Counted from the first letter of the stretch, positions 40,278-50,367 are shown. The stretch is DNA of 64,000 nucleotides from Terriglobia bacterium (GCA_963666975.2 CAXVYR010000004.1:1216001-1280000), one strand, 5' to 3'. Made by a program: numbers and translations. Notes: generated from the sequence alone by a model not told the origin.

Positions 40278-40504
40278 TTCTCTATCGGCTAAGACCCGCT
40301 TGAAGAGCCAGTCTGGGGAGCTGCTTTCATTATAGCTCACCTCCCGATCTCCCCTATTGCTTTCCTCTTTCACCACGCACTGAGTGACAATGTACCATTA
40401 TGGTCACCCCCTCCAGGCCACCAAGCAAGAAGAAAAAACTTTCATTTCTGATCGCTTCTGCGGTCTAGCATAGGCTTATAGCTGGATCAGCATCGAGGAG
40501 AGAA

Positions 40505-41491
40505 ATGCCCGCAACGATTTTGCTCGCCGACGACGATGCAGCCATGCGCGAATTTTTGGCTGAGCTGCTGACCGCGCAGGGAATGGAAGTAGTGACCGCG
40601 GGCGATGGCATTGCTGCCCTGGAAGCATTCACGTCTCGCCATCCCGACCTGGTGTTGCTGGACGTACAAATGCCCCGCCTGAATGGTCTCGAGGTTTGCT
40701 GGCGGCTCAAGTCCGATCCGGAAAGCCGCCTGACCCCGGTGGTATTGGTCACCGCGCTTACGGACACAGAAGACCGGATTCGGGGAATCGAAGCCGGCGC
40801 TGACGATTTTTTAAGCAAACCCGTGGACCGGAATGAACTCCTGGCCCGCGTGCGCTCCCTGCTCAAGCTGAAATCCTACACGGATGAACTGGAGCGGGCT
40901 GAATCGGTCCTGTTCTCCCTGGCGCACAGCATCGAAGGCAAAGACCCCTACACTGAGGGTCATTGTGAGCGGTTGTCGGGTTACTCGGCCAGCCTGGGCG
41001 AACGCATAGGATTGCCGCCCGACCAGATCACCGCCTTGCGCCGGGCCGGCATCGTGCACGACCTCGGCAAGGTGGCCGTCCCCGACGCAATTCTTCTGAA
41101 GCCGGGACCGCTCTCGCCGGAGGAATGGAAGATTATGCGGGAGCATCCCGTCGTGGGCGAGCGCATCTGCGCGCCGCTGAAATCGTTTCGCCTGGTGCTG
41201 CCTAGCATTCGCCATCACCACGAGCGGTTCGACGGGTCGGGCTATCCGGACGGGCTCCGGGGGGAGGAGATTCCCCTGACGGCGCGCGTGCTGCAGCTAG
41301 TGGATATCTACGACGCGCTGACCACGAACCGCCCGTACCGGCGCGCGCTGTCGCTGGAGGAGGCGCTGGCGACGATGGAGCAGGAGGTCCGCAAGGGCTG
41401 GTGGGACCCGCACAGCTTCGCCGAACTGCGGCAGATGTTCGCGCAGAGGCCCGCAGTGATGCGTGTACCCGCGCCAGCAGGGCCGAAATAG
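40505..41491 (+). CDS. Response regulator with HD-GYP phosphodiesterase domain (RpfG-like)
   Basis: REC (LADDD, LLDVQMP, SKP) plus HCER, HDLGK, HHERFDGSGYP. Confidence 0.93.
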   Translation: MPATILLADDDAAMREFLAELLTAQGMEVVTAGDGIAALEAFTSRHPDLVLLDVQMPRLNGLEVCWRLKSDPESRLTPVVLVTALTDTEDRIRGIEAGADDFLSKPVDRNELLARVRSLLKLKSYTDELERAESVLFSLAHSIEGKDPYTEGHCERLSGYSASLGERIGLPPDQITALRRAGIVHDLGKVAVPDAILLKPGPLSPEEWKIMREHPVVGERICAPLKSFRLVLPSIRHHHERFDGSGYPDGLRGEEIPLTARVLQLVDIYDALTTNRPYRRALSLEEALATMEQEVRKGWWDPHSFAELRQMFAQRPAVMRVPAPAGPK

Positions 41492-41559
41492 GTTCAGGAA
41501 ACCTCACTCGAATCGGTTTCGTTTTCGATCAGTATATTGACTGAGATCGGAGGAGCACA

Positions 41560-43575
41560 TTGGAACAGGAGTCGCGTATAGAGGCCGCCGAGGCCAGCCT
41601 GCGAGAGATTCAGGAAAAGCTGCAACAAGTGGAACGGAAGGATTGGTGGCTCTGGCTGACGGCCATCTTTGTGATCCTGCTGCTGACCCTGGCAGTCCTT
41701 TCCTTCTCCCTGCCCTCCCTGTTTGTGGGAGGAGGAGACTCATTCTTTCGGTTCCACCTCCAGCAAGGCGCGCGCGGGTTATTGGCTCTCATCCTGGTGT
41801 TCTGCATCTATACCATCTACCAGCAGGCGCTGGTCAAACGGCTCCGTGTCCAAACGGCCGAGCACATTGCCGCAAGGTCCCAGCTCGAAATCCAAGCGGA
41901 ACGGGCTCGCCGGCTGGCCATGCTCGATCCCCTCACCGGCATCTACAACCGTCGTTTTCTCGAGCAATACATGGAGACGGAACTGGCCCGTACCCAGCGG
42001 CAGGGCTACCACCTCACCGTGCTGATGCTCGACCTCAACGATTTCAAGCGGATCAACGACCAGCACGGCCACCTTGCCGGCGACTTGGTGTTGCAGGAAT
42101 TCACGAACCTGCTGAAAAAAGCGATCCGCAACTCGGACATGCTGGTCCGCATGGGCGGCGATGAATTTCTCTTGTTGCTTCCCGAATGCAGCCCCGAGCA
42201 GGTGGGACACATGCTGGCCCGCCTGACGGGACAGGAAGTGGAATTCCACGGACAAAAGATTCCGGTCGCCTTCGCGGCCGGTTGGACCTCCTACCAGTCC
42301 CAGGATACACCCGCACAACTGCTGGAACGGGCCGACCAGGCGCTCTATGCCGACAAGCTTACCGGCAAAGCCAAGGAGGCCATCCGCGAGGCGCAGGTGC
42401 ATACCCAGCAAATACAGAAGATGGAGACGGTGGGACGGCTGGCTGGGGGAATCGTACACGATTTTAACAACCTGCTGACATTGGTCAAGGGTTACAGCGA
42501 ATTGACGCTGGATCGTCTCGGCGGAAGCGACCCGCTGCGCCGCTACATTGAGCAAATCCACCAGACGGCGGAGCGCGCCGGCTCACTGACCCGGCAACTG
42601 CTGACCTTCAGCCGCAAGCGGCAACTGGCTTCTGAGGCAATAGATTTGAACGTGCTGATAGCCGAGATGGAGACGATGCTGCGACGGCTGATCGGCGAGC
42701 ACATCAGCATCGTAACCATTCCGGGAAAGGAACTGGGGCAGGTGGAGGCACACCGGGGGCAGATGGAGCAGGTTATTCTGAATCTCGCAGTCAATGCCCG
42801 CGACTTCATGCCCCAGGGCGGCAAACTCACGCTGGAAACAGCCAACCTTGAGCCATATGAAATCGCTCCCAGCCGGAGCAGCGGAGTCTTCCCGGGACCT
42901 TACGTCATGCTATCGGTAAGCGACACCGGAGCCGGCATGGATGAGAAGACGAAAGCACGCATCTTCGAACCCTTTTTCACCACGAAAGAGAAAGACAGCG
43001 GCACCGGCCTGGGGCTGGCGACCGTCTATAGGGTGGTTCAGCAGAGCGGCGGCTCCATCTGGGTGGACAGCACGCCGGGCCAGGGCACAAACTTCACAAT
43101 CTACTGGCCGCGGGCGGAAAAGAAAACGGAGACGGACCAGCCGGGCGAAAGCAACGCCACGTCTTCCGGGGTGGTTGACGCCATTGCCGGCACTATCGCC
43201 GACACTATTCTGGTGGTGGAAGAAGCCAAGAACGTCCGGCAATCAACTCGCGAGCTTTTGGAGACGAGCGGTTATAGCGTCCTGGAGGCGAGCAACGCCA
43301 CCGAAGCCATTCAGATTGCAGATCAACATCAAGGACCGATCCACCTGCTGCTGACCGATGTGGTGTTGCTGGCGATGAAGGGGCAGGAACTGGCACGGCG
43401 CCTGGCGTCCGAGCGCCCCGAGATGAAGGTTCTCTACATGTGGAGCTGCACCGAAAATGGCACAGCCTACTTCAGCATCTCCGAGTCGGGAACGGACGCT
43501 CTTCCCATGCCGCTCACCCGGGATGCGCTGAGAAGCAAGGTGAGTGAGATGCTCGCCACGGCAGAGAAACAATAA
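41560..43575 (+). CDS. Membrane GGDEF - histidine kinase - degenerate receiver fusion protein
   Basis: Two TM helices, DPLTG, DLNDFK.IND..GH..GD, RNSD, RMGGDEF, then HDFNNLL, EPFFTTK..GTGLGL, and REC with LTDVVL. Confidence 0.85.
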   Translation: MEQESRIEAAEASLREIQEKLQQVERKDWWLWLTAIFVILLLTLAVLSFSLPSLFVGGGDSFFRFHLQQGARGLLALILVFCIYTIYQQALVKRLRVQTAEHIAARSQLEIQAERARRLAMLDPLTGIYNRRFLEQYMETELARTQRQGYHLTVLMLDLNDFKRINDQHGHLAGDLVLQEFTNLLKKAIRNSDMLVRMGGDEFLLLLPECSPEQVGHMLARLTGQEVEFHGQKIPVAFAAGWTSYQSQDTPAQLLERADQALYADKLTGKAKEAIREAQVHTQQIQKMETVGRLAGGIVHDFNNLLTLVKGYSELTLDRLGGSDPLRRYIEQIHQTAERAGSLTRQLLTFSRKRQLASEAIDLNVLIAEMETMLRRLIGEHISIVTIPGKELGQVEAHRGQMEQVILNLAVNARDFMPQGGKLTLETANLEPYEIAPSRSSGVFPGPYVMLSVSDTGAGMDEKTKARIFEPFFTTKEKDSGTGLGLATVYRVVQQSGGSIWVDSTPGQGTNFTIYWPRAEKKTETDQPGESNATSSGVVDAIAGTIADTILVVEEAKNVRQSTRELLETSGYSVLEASNATEAIQIADQHQGPIHLLLTDVVLLAMKGQELARRLASERPEMKVLYMWSCTENGTAYFSISESGTDALPMPLTRDALRSKVSEMLATAEKQ

Positions 43576-43730
43576 CAACGCTATCGATCCACAGTCTTCC
43601 TGAAGCCTGGAACCGGTGCAGCACGCGACCGCACGACCCATTTCAGGGACCAGTACGAAAGCACCATACAAAAAATGACCTTTCCGCTATGGAGCGGGGC
43701 CCGGGGAAACCGTATCTTTGACATAGCCAC

Positions 43731-44156
43731 ATGGAATATCAGATGGCTTCCCTCCCGAACCATTTCCCCCGTTACTTGAGGACGCGCATGCCACCAAGAA
43801 GAAGCCGCAGCCAAAAAACCAGCAGACGCAGTTCCCTTCGTTTTCCCCTGGAGCTACCCACTCGAGTCCGCTGGGTGGAAGACAATCAGACCCGCACCCT
43901 GCATACGCAAACCAGGAATATGAGCAGTTCCGGCCTGTACCTGCTGGCGGAGTCTCAGAACCAGCCAGGCGCAAGGATCGAGTTTGAAATAAAGCTGCCT
44001 GCCGAGATCGTTGAGGGAGCCGGGGTTGTGTTGCGCGGGAAAGGGCATTTGGTCCGGCGTGAAGAACTGGAAAACCGGCGCGTTGGCTTCGCAGCGGTGA
44101 TCGACCAATACCAGATTTCTCCAATAGACTCGCCGGCCGGAGACTCCACGCCTTGA
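43731..44156 (+). CDS. Stand-alone PilZ-domain protein
   Basis: RRSSLRF (RxxxR) and NMSSSG ([D/N]xSxxG); start uncertain. Confidence 0.8.
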   Translation: MEYQMASLPNHFPRYLRTRMPPRRSRSQKTSRRSSLRFPLELPTRVRWVEDNQTRTLHTQTRNMSSSGLYLLAESQNQPGARIEFEIKLPAEIVEGAGVVLRGKGHLVRREELENRRVGFAAVIDQYQISPIDSPAGDSTP

Positions 44157-44303
44157 GGGCATTGGGTGTACGGGCCAGCCCCAGCCCTTCCGAAGTTTCC
44201 CGCCTTCGTTTTCATCCTCCATCCGCTGACAGCCCGGCCTCCGTGTTGACTTAGCCCTTTCCTCCGCATACCATCGTCCTAGAGCCGCTTTGGCAGTTTT
44301 TCT

Positions 44304-44984
44304 ATGAAGTCTTCTTCCCAGGTCCAAATCACAATCCTGGTTGCCGAGGCTCAGCCTATCTACCGGTTGGGGCTCAAACGGCTGCTGGGGGTGGAAGAAG
44401 ATTTCCGCGTGGTGGCCGCAGTAGCGAGCGGACCGGAAGTCTCCGAAGCGGTCCGGAAATTCCGCCCGGACCTGCTTTTGCTGGACTGGGAGCTTTCCAA
44501 TCGCCATCCGTTTGACATCATGCGGGAGGTGCGGAAGATTCATCCGCAGACTCGCGCCGTGCTGCTCAGCGAAGCCACAACCGATGAAGAGATGATAGCG
44601 GCAATCCGGAATGGCGTGCGGGTCGTCCTGCCCAAAGAAGCGCCGCCGGAGACGTTGATCTCCGTACTGCACAAAGCTCACCGGGGCGAAACCTACCTGG
44701 AGGCCCGCCCGCGCGCGCCGGGGGCGGATTCACTCCGCTCCCCGCCGCCGCAGGAGGCGGAAGGGAGCTTGACGGCCCGTGAGATGGAGATCATCAGCCT
44801 GATCGCCCAGGGGTTTCCCAACAAAGAGATTGCCGCGCGCCTGTACCTCAGCGAGCAGACGATCAAAAACAAGCTGCGGATTATTTTTGACAAGCTGGGC
44901 GTCAGCGACCGGCTGGAACTGGCGCTCTACGCCATCCACCACCGCTTGTTTTCCCCTTCCGGTAGCGGCTCGGCCAGCCATTGA
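44304..44984 (+). CDS. NarL/LuxR-family response regulator
   Basis: REC with LLLDW; HTH LTAREMEII...NKEIA..LYLSEQTIKN...KLGVSDRLELAL. Confidence 0.92.
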   Translation: MKSSSQVQITILVAEAQPIYRLGLKRLLGVEEDFRVVAAVASGPEVSEAVRKFRPDLLLLDWELSNRHPFDIMREVRKIHPQTRAVLLSEATTDEEMIAAIRNGVRVVLPKEAPPETLISVLHKAHRGETYLEARPRAPGADSLRSPPPQEAEGSLTAREMEIISLIAQGFPNKEIAARLYLSEQTIKNKLRIIFDKLGVSDRLELALYAIHHRLFSPSGSGSASH

Positions 44985-45028
44985 GCCGCAGGCGGCCTGA
45001 ACAGCATGGTCCAGAGAATTTTGTCGTT

Positions 45029-45107
45029 AGCCACAGAGTCGCAGAGTCCACAGAGAAAAAATAGGGGCGTGTCCCTCTGGCTCCGCGTTCTCTGTGGCTC
45101 TGTGGCT
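45029..45107. repeat. REP-like palindrome of CACAGAG/CTCTGTG units between convergent genes
   Basis: AGCCACAGAG...CTCTGTGGCT with internal 9-10 bp reiterations. Confidence 0.7.
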
Positions 45108-45115
45108 GCCGACAC

Positions 45116-46084
45116 CTACGCCCTGGGATGAGTCTTGTCGTAGACTTCCATCAGTTGGCGGATGGAAATACGGGTGTATTTCTGGGTGCTCGACAGGCTG
45201 CTGTGCCCCAGCAGCTCCTGGATGGCGCGCAGGTCGGCTCCCTCGCCCAGCAGGTGCGTGGCAAAGGCGTGGCGCAAGGAGTGCGGGTGCAGCGTGGAAT
45301 CGCCCCGAAGCAGGATGGAATACTTTTTTACGATGCGGAGCACGGAGCGCGTGGTGAGCCTGCTGCAGCGAGCGTTCACCAACAGCGCCTCGGTCTCGAT
45401 GCCGTTTTTATCGAGCAACTCCCGGCGCAGAGGGGCGTAGTCCTCCAGCGCTGCCGAGGCCTTGGAGCCGAACGGAACGATGCGCTCCTTCTTTCCTTTT
45501 CCCCGCACCAGCAGCACGGTCTCCGCCATGTCCACTTGGTCCTGGTTCAAACCCACTAGCTCGCTCACGCGCAACCCGGACCCGTAGAGAAGCTCCAGGA
45601 TCAGCCGGTCGCGTGCCACGAGCGCCGCCGCGCCGGGTTTGCTGGATGCGGCGATTTTGCCCACGGCGTCAATGAGCTGGTTTGTTTCCTCCGCCGTCAT
45701 GACGTCCGGAAGCGTCTGCGGCAGGCGCGGACTCGCCACCAGTTTGGCGGGGTTCTCCTTCGCCAGACCTTCCCGGCATGCGTACCGATAAAAGGAACGC
45801 AGAGCGGCCAGCTTGCGGGCAACGGTGGCCGGCTTCCGCCGCTGTGCGTACATCTGCCCCAGGTATTCTCTGATCTTTAGATAATCAACTGCGAGATAAT
45901 CGACCGAAATCGAAGACCGCGACTTTTGGGAGGCAGCGGCGCCCTCAGCTCCGGAAGATTTCACGCTGCGAAAAAAAGCTTCCAGGTCGCTGCGATAGTT
46001 TCGCAGCGTGTGAACCGAATAGTTGCGCTCGGCGCGCAGGTGTTCCAGGAATTGTTCGGCAGCGGGATGCAGCGTCTGGCTCAT
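45116..46084 (-). CDS. xerC: Tyrosine recombinase XerC
   Basis: LYGSGLRVSEL, GKGKKER, HPHSLRHAFATH, LLGH..LSSTQKY; downstream of trmFO. Confidence 0.92.
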   Translation of the reverse strand: MSQTLHPAAEQFLEHLRAERNYSVHTLRNYRSDLEAFFRSVKSSGAEGAAASQKSRSSISVDYLAVDYLKIREYLGQMYAQRRKPATVARKLAALRSFYRYACREGLAKENPAKLVASPRLPQTLPDVMTAEETNQLIDAVGKIAASSKPGAAALVARDRLILELLYGSGLRVSELVGLNQDQVDMAETVLLVRGKGKKERIVPFGSKASAALEDYAPLRRELLDKNGIETEALLVNARCSRLTTRSVLRIVKKYSILLRGDSTLHPHSLRHAFATHLLGEGADLRAIQELLGHSSLSSTQKYTRISIRQLMEVYDKTHPRA

Positions 46085-46252
46085 GGATTTATTGATTCAC
46101 CGATTCATTGATTCGCGCAGAACCGACAGGCAAGCATGCCTGTGCTACTCTATTCCAGAATTTCCCGGAGTAGGAGACGATTCAGTCCTGAAATCCAAAA
46201 TGAAGTCCAAAAAAAGTTACGAGGAGATATTGGGCGAGTCGGTGCCGGCCTC

Positions 46253-47698
46253 TCATACGGCTGTTTCCCGTTGCGCGCCCAGCCACTGCTCGAACTCCCG
46301 CAAGGCAAACTGGCACTGGCGGGCGCGGCGTTCCTTCTTGCCGAGCTTGGCAGGGCTTGTGTCACTCAGGTTTGTATCACTCAGGTTTGTATCGCTCCAA
46401 GGCGGTAGCAGGTCGAAGGCGATATTGGCAGGTTGATAGCCGCGCGGATTGGCATGAGAGATGTAATGGCAAAGAGACCCAAAAGCAGTGGCACGGGGCG
46501 GAGCCGCTGGAGCTTCTTCCGCAAGCGCCATCCGGACCGCGTGGATTCCGGCCATCAGGCCCGTGGCGATCGATTCCACGTAACCCTCGACGCCCGAAAG
46601 CTGCCCGGCGAAAAAAATCCTGGGCTGCGCGCGCAACTGGAGCGTGGGAGCCAGCAGCGCCGGAGCGTTGATGTAGGTGTTGCGATGCATCTGGCCGTAG
46701 CGTGTGAACTCGGCGGCCTCCAGGCCGGGGATCATCCGCAGGATGCGCTTCTGCTCGCCGAACTTCAGATGGTTCTGAAAGCCCACTAGGTTGTAGCTGT
46801 CGGCGCGGAGGTTTTCCCGCCGCAACTGAACTGCGGCGTAAGGCATCCTGCCCGTGCGGGGGTCGCGCAGGCCCACGGGCTTCATCGGGCCGAACCGCAG
46901 CGTGTCCGGGCCGCGACGGGCCAGCTCCTCAATCGGCAGGCAGCTTTCAAAGTAATTCAAGTTCTCAAACTCGTGCGTCGCCACCGACTCAGCCGAGACG
47001 AGCGCCTCATAAAAACATTGGTACTCTAGCTTGCTCATCGGGCAGTTCAGATAGTCGCCTTCACCTTCTCCTTTACCTTCTTGATCGCCATTCTGCCCGG
47101 CGGAGTTGCCGCCGCTGCCGGAGGAATCCGCCGCGCGGATTCCCTTGCCGTAGCGGGAGGCGGCGAACACCTTGCCGGAATCAATCGTGTCGGCCTCGAC
47201 AATGGGGCTGATGGAGTCATAGAAAAACAGCCGCTCGCTGCCGGTCAACTGCTGGATGGAGTGCGCCAGCGCGTCGGAGGTCAGCGGGCCGGTGGCTACG
47301 ATCACGACAGCCTCGGTGGGAATGGCGTGCGCCTCTTCTCTGCGAATTTCGATCAGAGGCTCTGCTTCAATGGCCGCCGTGACGCCTGCAGCGAACCGTT
47401 CGCGGTCAACCGCCAGCGCCTGGCCTGCCGGAACGGAGCACTCCCTGGCGACCTCCAGCAACAAGGAGCCGGCCCGCCGCAGTTCTTCTTTCAGCAGCCA
47501 GGGGGCGGAGCCTTCGCGGTCGCTTTTCAGGGAGTTGCTGCAGACCAGTTCGCCAAGCTGGCCGGTCGTGTGGGCCGGGGTCGGGACCGACGGGCGCATC
47601 TCATAAAGTTCCACCGGCACTCCGCGGCGCGCCGCCTGCCAGGCCGCCTCGGAGCCTGCCAGCCCTCCTCCCAAAACTATGATCCTCTGTTGTCCCAT
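46253..47698 (-). CDS. trmFO: FAD/folate-dependent tRNA m5U54 methyltransferase TrmFO
   Basis: GGGLAGSEAA, ELVCSNS, FGPMKPVGL, AGQLSGVEGYVES. Confidence 0.96.
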   Translation of the reverse strand: MGQQRIIVLGGGLAGSEAAWQAARRGVPVELYEMRPSVPTPAHTTGQLGELVCSNSLKSDREGSAPWLLKEELRRAGSLLLEVARECSVPAGQALAVDRERFAAGVTAAIEAEPLIEIRREEAHAIPTEAVVIVATGPLTSDALAHSIQQLTGSERLFFYDSISPIVEADTIDSGKVFAASRYGKGIRAADSSGSGGNSAGQNGDQEGKGEGEGDYLNCPMSKLEYQCFYEALVSAESVATHEFENLNYFESCLPIEELARRGPDTLRFGPMKPVGLRDPRTGRMPYAAVQLRRENLRADSYNLVGFQNHLKFGEQKRILRMIPGLEAAEFTRYGQMHRNTYINAPALLAPTLQLRAQPRIFFAGQLSGVEGYVESIATGLMAGIHAVRMALAEEAPAAPPRATAFGSLCHYISHANPRGYQPANIAFDLLPPWSDTNLSDTNLSDTSPAKLGKKERRARQCQFALREFEQWLGAQRETAV

Positions 47699-47807
47699 GC
47701 TGGATTCATTCTAGCAAACAGAAATAGCAGGCAAGAATCCCGGTCGCTGTCTGATGGTGGATTCGTTCCCGTTAGGCACGGAGAAGACATTCTCTTGAGG
47801 GGGAAAA

Positions 47808-48101
47808 CTAATGGGGATCGACATTACCGCTCTGCCTCTCGCTGGTCCCGTTAGGGTTCTGTGCCCCGCGGCGAGAGCGCTCCAGGATTTGGCGTTCTAG
47901 TCGCTCGAGGGTAGACGGGTCCTGAGCGGGAGGGCCGCAGAGTTCCCGGGTCGCAGCGCCGATGGCGCGCAGTTGCGCCGCGTAGCGCCGGCAGAGGCGG
48001 CACAACAGCAGATGGAAACGGACTGAGAGCCGTTCTCTCCACCCTACCTCTCGAAACTCACCGCTAGCGATCTTACGTGTGACGTCTTTACAGTTGAGCA
48101 T
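47808..48101 (-). CDS. Soluble zinc-binding (zf-HC2/ZAS) anti-sigma factor
   Basis: N-terminal Cys plus HLLLCRLC (HxxxCxxC); no TM; immediately after the ECF sigma. Confidence 0.85.
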   Translation of the reverse strand: MLNCKDVTRKIASGEFREVGWRERLSVRFHLLLCRLCRRYAAQLRAIGAATRELCGPPAQDPSTLERLERQILERSRRGAQNPNGTSERQSGNVDPH

Positions 48102-48105
48102 CAGG

Positions 48106-48690
48106 CTACCCCCTTACACCCTTGGTTTCCAGGCACTCCCGGAGACGGTTCCGTGCCCGGTACAGGAGCACTCCTATGTTAGTGCGCGTCACTTCCAGAA
48201 TCTTACAGATTTCATCAGTGTCGAGGTCCTCCACTTCGCGCAGGATAAAGGCCATCCTCTGCTGGATGGGGACGACTTCAAGACAGTCCCCGATATGTTT
48301 ATTGACTTCCGTGCGGTAAAACTGCTCGTCGGCGGGCTCGGGTGGGCGGACCCAGGTCCCATCGGGTTTGAACCGTTGCTCGACAACGTCGTCGATGTCA
48401 TCCATCTTCCCCTCTCGCTGCAATTCGCGGCGAGCCTCAGCGATCTTTTTGTAAAGGATGCCGAACAACCATGTCCGGACATGGGACCTCCCCTCGAACT
48501 GTCCCGCTTTCTCGATGAAGGTGGCGAAGGTAGCCTGGGTCACATCTTCGGCACGCTGGGGGTCCAGACCGGCAGCCCGTGCGGCGCGAAGGATCTGGCC
48601 CAGGTACGCGTGCACAACGGCTTGGAGCGCGGCGGGCTCGCCCGCCTGAATCCGAGCTGCGAATTGAGGATCGTCCACTGTCATAAGCAA
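48106..48690 (-). CDS. ECF sigma factor
   Basis: AEDVTQATF, FEGRS..RTWLFGIL, EICKIL...VLLYRARNRLRECL. Confidence 0.92.
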   Translation of the reverse strand: MLMTVDDPQFAARIQAGEPAALQAVVHAYLGQILRAARAAGLDPQRAEDVTQATFATFIEKAGQFEGRSHVRTWLFGILYKKIAEARRELQREGKMDDIDDVVEQRFKPDGTWVRPPEPADEQFYRTEVNKHIGDCLEVVPIQQRMAFILREVEDLDTDEICKILEVTRTNIGVLLYRARNRLRECLETKGVRG

Positions 48691-48740
48691 GTCTTAGAGA
48701 GCGTTGTTCCGGATGATATCTGGGCCAGTTGTCCGTTCAA

Positions 48741-48838
48741 GGTGTAATAGGTCGGCTCCTTGGTGCACTCACTAACGAAGCCGGGACCAGATCCTACCCG
48801 GAATTCCGATCTTAACGGGCAAACGGGTGGGCTCACAA
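48741..48838. promoter_or_regulatory. Putative ECF promoter (+) facing a sigma70-like promoter (-), copy 1
   Basis: GGTGTAAT...TGCACTCACTA on plus; TTGTGA-N18-TAAGAT on minus; repeated at 49684. Confidence 0.55.
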
Positions 48839-48873
48839 GTCCCGAATGATCTAACACAAGAAAGGAAACAACC

Positions 48874-49455
48874 ATGACGAGGTACATTCGACAATTAGTG
48901 TTAAGTTTCGTCGTCGGGTTCGTCACGTTATCTGCCGTCGCATCAGCAGCCATGAACACTGAGGGCTCGGAGGCGTTCCAACTGGCGACCAAAATCCGCC
49001 GTGAATTGGTGACTCAGCCTTACTACAGCATTTTCGACAACCTGGCCTACCGGATCGATGGTCCTAAGGTCATCCTTTTGGGAGAGGTCTGGTGGCCGAA
49101 CCTGAAGAACACCGCTGAGCGAGTCGTGGCCAACATCGAGGGTGTCACGAGCGTCGAAAACCAGATCGAGGTCTTACCGACCTCCTTCTACGACGACCGC
49201 CTTCGCCTGGCTACGGCGAGGACCCTGTTCTCCCATCCGGTATTGCGTAAATACGTGCGGCCGGGGGTTTCTTTCGGCCTGCTCTCTAACCGATCCGATA
49301 TCCACGTCATCATGAAGAATGGACATTTGACCCTCGAGGGCGTCGTTCTCCGGAAGTCAGATAGTGACGTCGCCTACATCGTGGCAAGAACTGTCCCCGG
49401 CATCTTCTCGGTGACCAACAACCTGCGTGTAGAGAACACGACGAAGGAGGGCTAA
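48874..49455 (+). CDS. Exported double BON-domain protein
   Basis: Signal peptide; IEGVTSVENQIEV and VPGIFSVTNNLRV. Confidence 0.9.
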   Translation: MTRYIRQLVLSFVVGFVTLSAVASAAMNTEGSEAFQLATKIRRELVTQPYYSIFDNLAYRIDGPKVILLGEVWWPNLKNTAERVVANIEGVTSVENQIEVLPTSFYDDRLRLATARTLFSHPVLRKYVRPGVSFGLLSNRSDIHVIMKNGHLTLEGVVLRKSDSDVAYIVARTVPGIFSVTNNLRVENTTKEG

Positions 49456-49683
49456 ATCCATCCAAACAGTAGACTCCTCATCGAACTCGACCCAGGCAAT
49501 CCGCATCTGAAAACGACGTCCCCGGGTTGCTTGGGTCGTTCTTTCCCGCCCACGAGAGGTTGATGTGGACGCGATACTAAACAGAACCCCTCTCCATCCG
49601 CCGCGGAGACCAGAGACGGTCTTCGCTTAGCGACGTTTTTGCCCATTTGCTCTCGGTGGTTCCCCGCATCTTTCCCCATTCCG

Positions 49684-49790
49684 GGTGTAACAATTCGCCT
49701 CCTCGCTGCACTCACTACCGAGGCCGGAAAAGGATCAGGCCTCCCGGTGGAGACGCCCGGATCTTAAAGGCAAAACGGGTCGGCCTGCAA
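49684..49790. promoter_or_regulatory. Putative ECF promoter (+) facing a sigma70-like promoter (-), copy 2
   Basis: GGTGTAAC...TGCACTCACTA on plus; TTGCAG-N18-TAAGAT on minus. Confidence 0.55.
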
Positions 49791-49902
49791 CGGTCAGGCA
49801 GCTAGGCTGTGCAGCGAGCCAAGGATGAGTCCACAGCCCGCTGGATCTGAGTGCGGTGTGAACTGACCCAAAACCAGAAACCTGAAAAAGGAGAAATTTA
49901 AC

Positions 49903-50367
49903 ATGAACGTAAAAAACATCAAACTTGGCGCCTACGGTGGTTTAGCCGGCGGTGTGGTCTTCGGAGCAATGATGGCAGTGATGGGTATGCTGCCCATGAT
50001 CGGCCAGATGGTCGGACATCCCTCGGCGATCACTGGCTTCCTCGTTCACCTCGGCAATAGCGCCCTGATCGGCGCAGCGTTTGCGACCCTTTTCGATCGC
50101 TTCGTCCACGGCAAAAGCAGCGGGCTGGGCTACGGCCTGCTCTACGGTGGAGTCTGGTGGCTTCTAGGACCGCTGACGCTGATGCCGTTGATGATGGGCA
50201 TGGGCCTGGGTGTGAATTGGAATGCCACTGCGGCAACCCAAATGCTTCCCAGCTTGTTCGGTCATCTCATCTACGGTGCGATCCTGGGAATCAGCTACAC
50301 GTGGCTCCGAAGCCGGACGCGCGGGCACCACTCAGCACCTGCGACAGAGGCAATTCCCACGGCTTAA
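49903..50367 (+). CDS. Met/Gly-rich four-TM membrane protein
   Basis: AGGAG SD; hydrophobic helices with intramembrane His (VHLGNS, GHLIYG). Confidence 0.8.
   Translation: MNVKNIKLGAYGGLAGGVVFGAMMAVMGMLPMIGQMVGHPSAITGFLVHLGNSALIGAAFATLFDRFVHGKSSGLGYGLLYGGVWWLLGPLTLMPLMMGMGLGVNWNATAATQMLPSLFGHLIYGAILGISYTWLRSRTRGHHSAPATEAIPTA

Noticed and set aside
45116-46084. Tyrosine recombinase as a prophage or island integrase
   Set aside because: Sequence and trmFO linkage fit housekeeping XerC; no att sites or phage genes adjacent.
48800-48840. GGCAAA-containing duplicated leader as a c-di-GMP-I riboswitch
   Set aside because: Lacks the GNRA-capped stem and GACGCAAAG junction; a promoter reading fits better.
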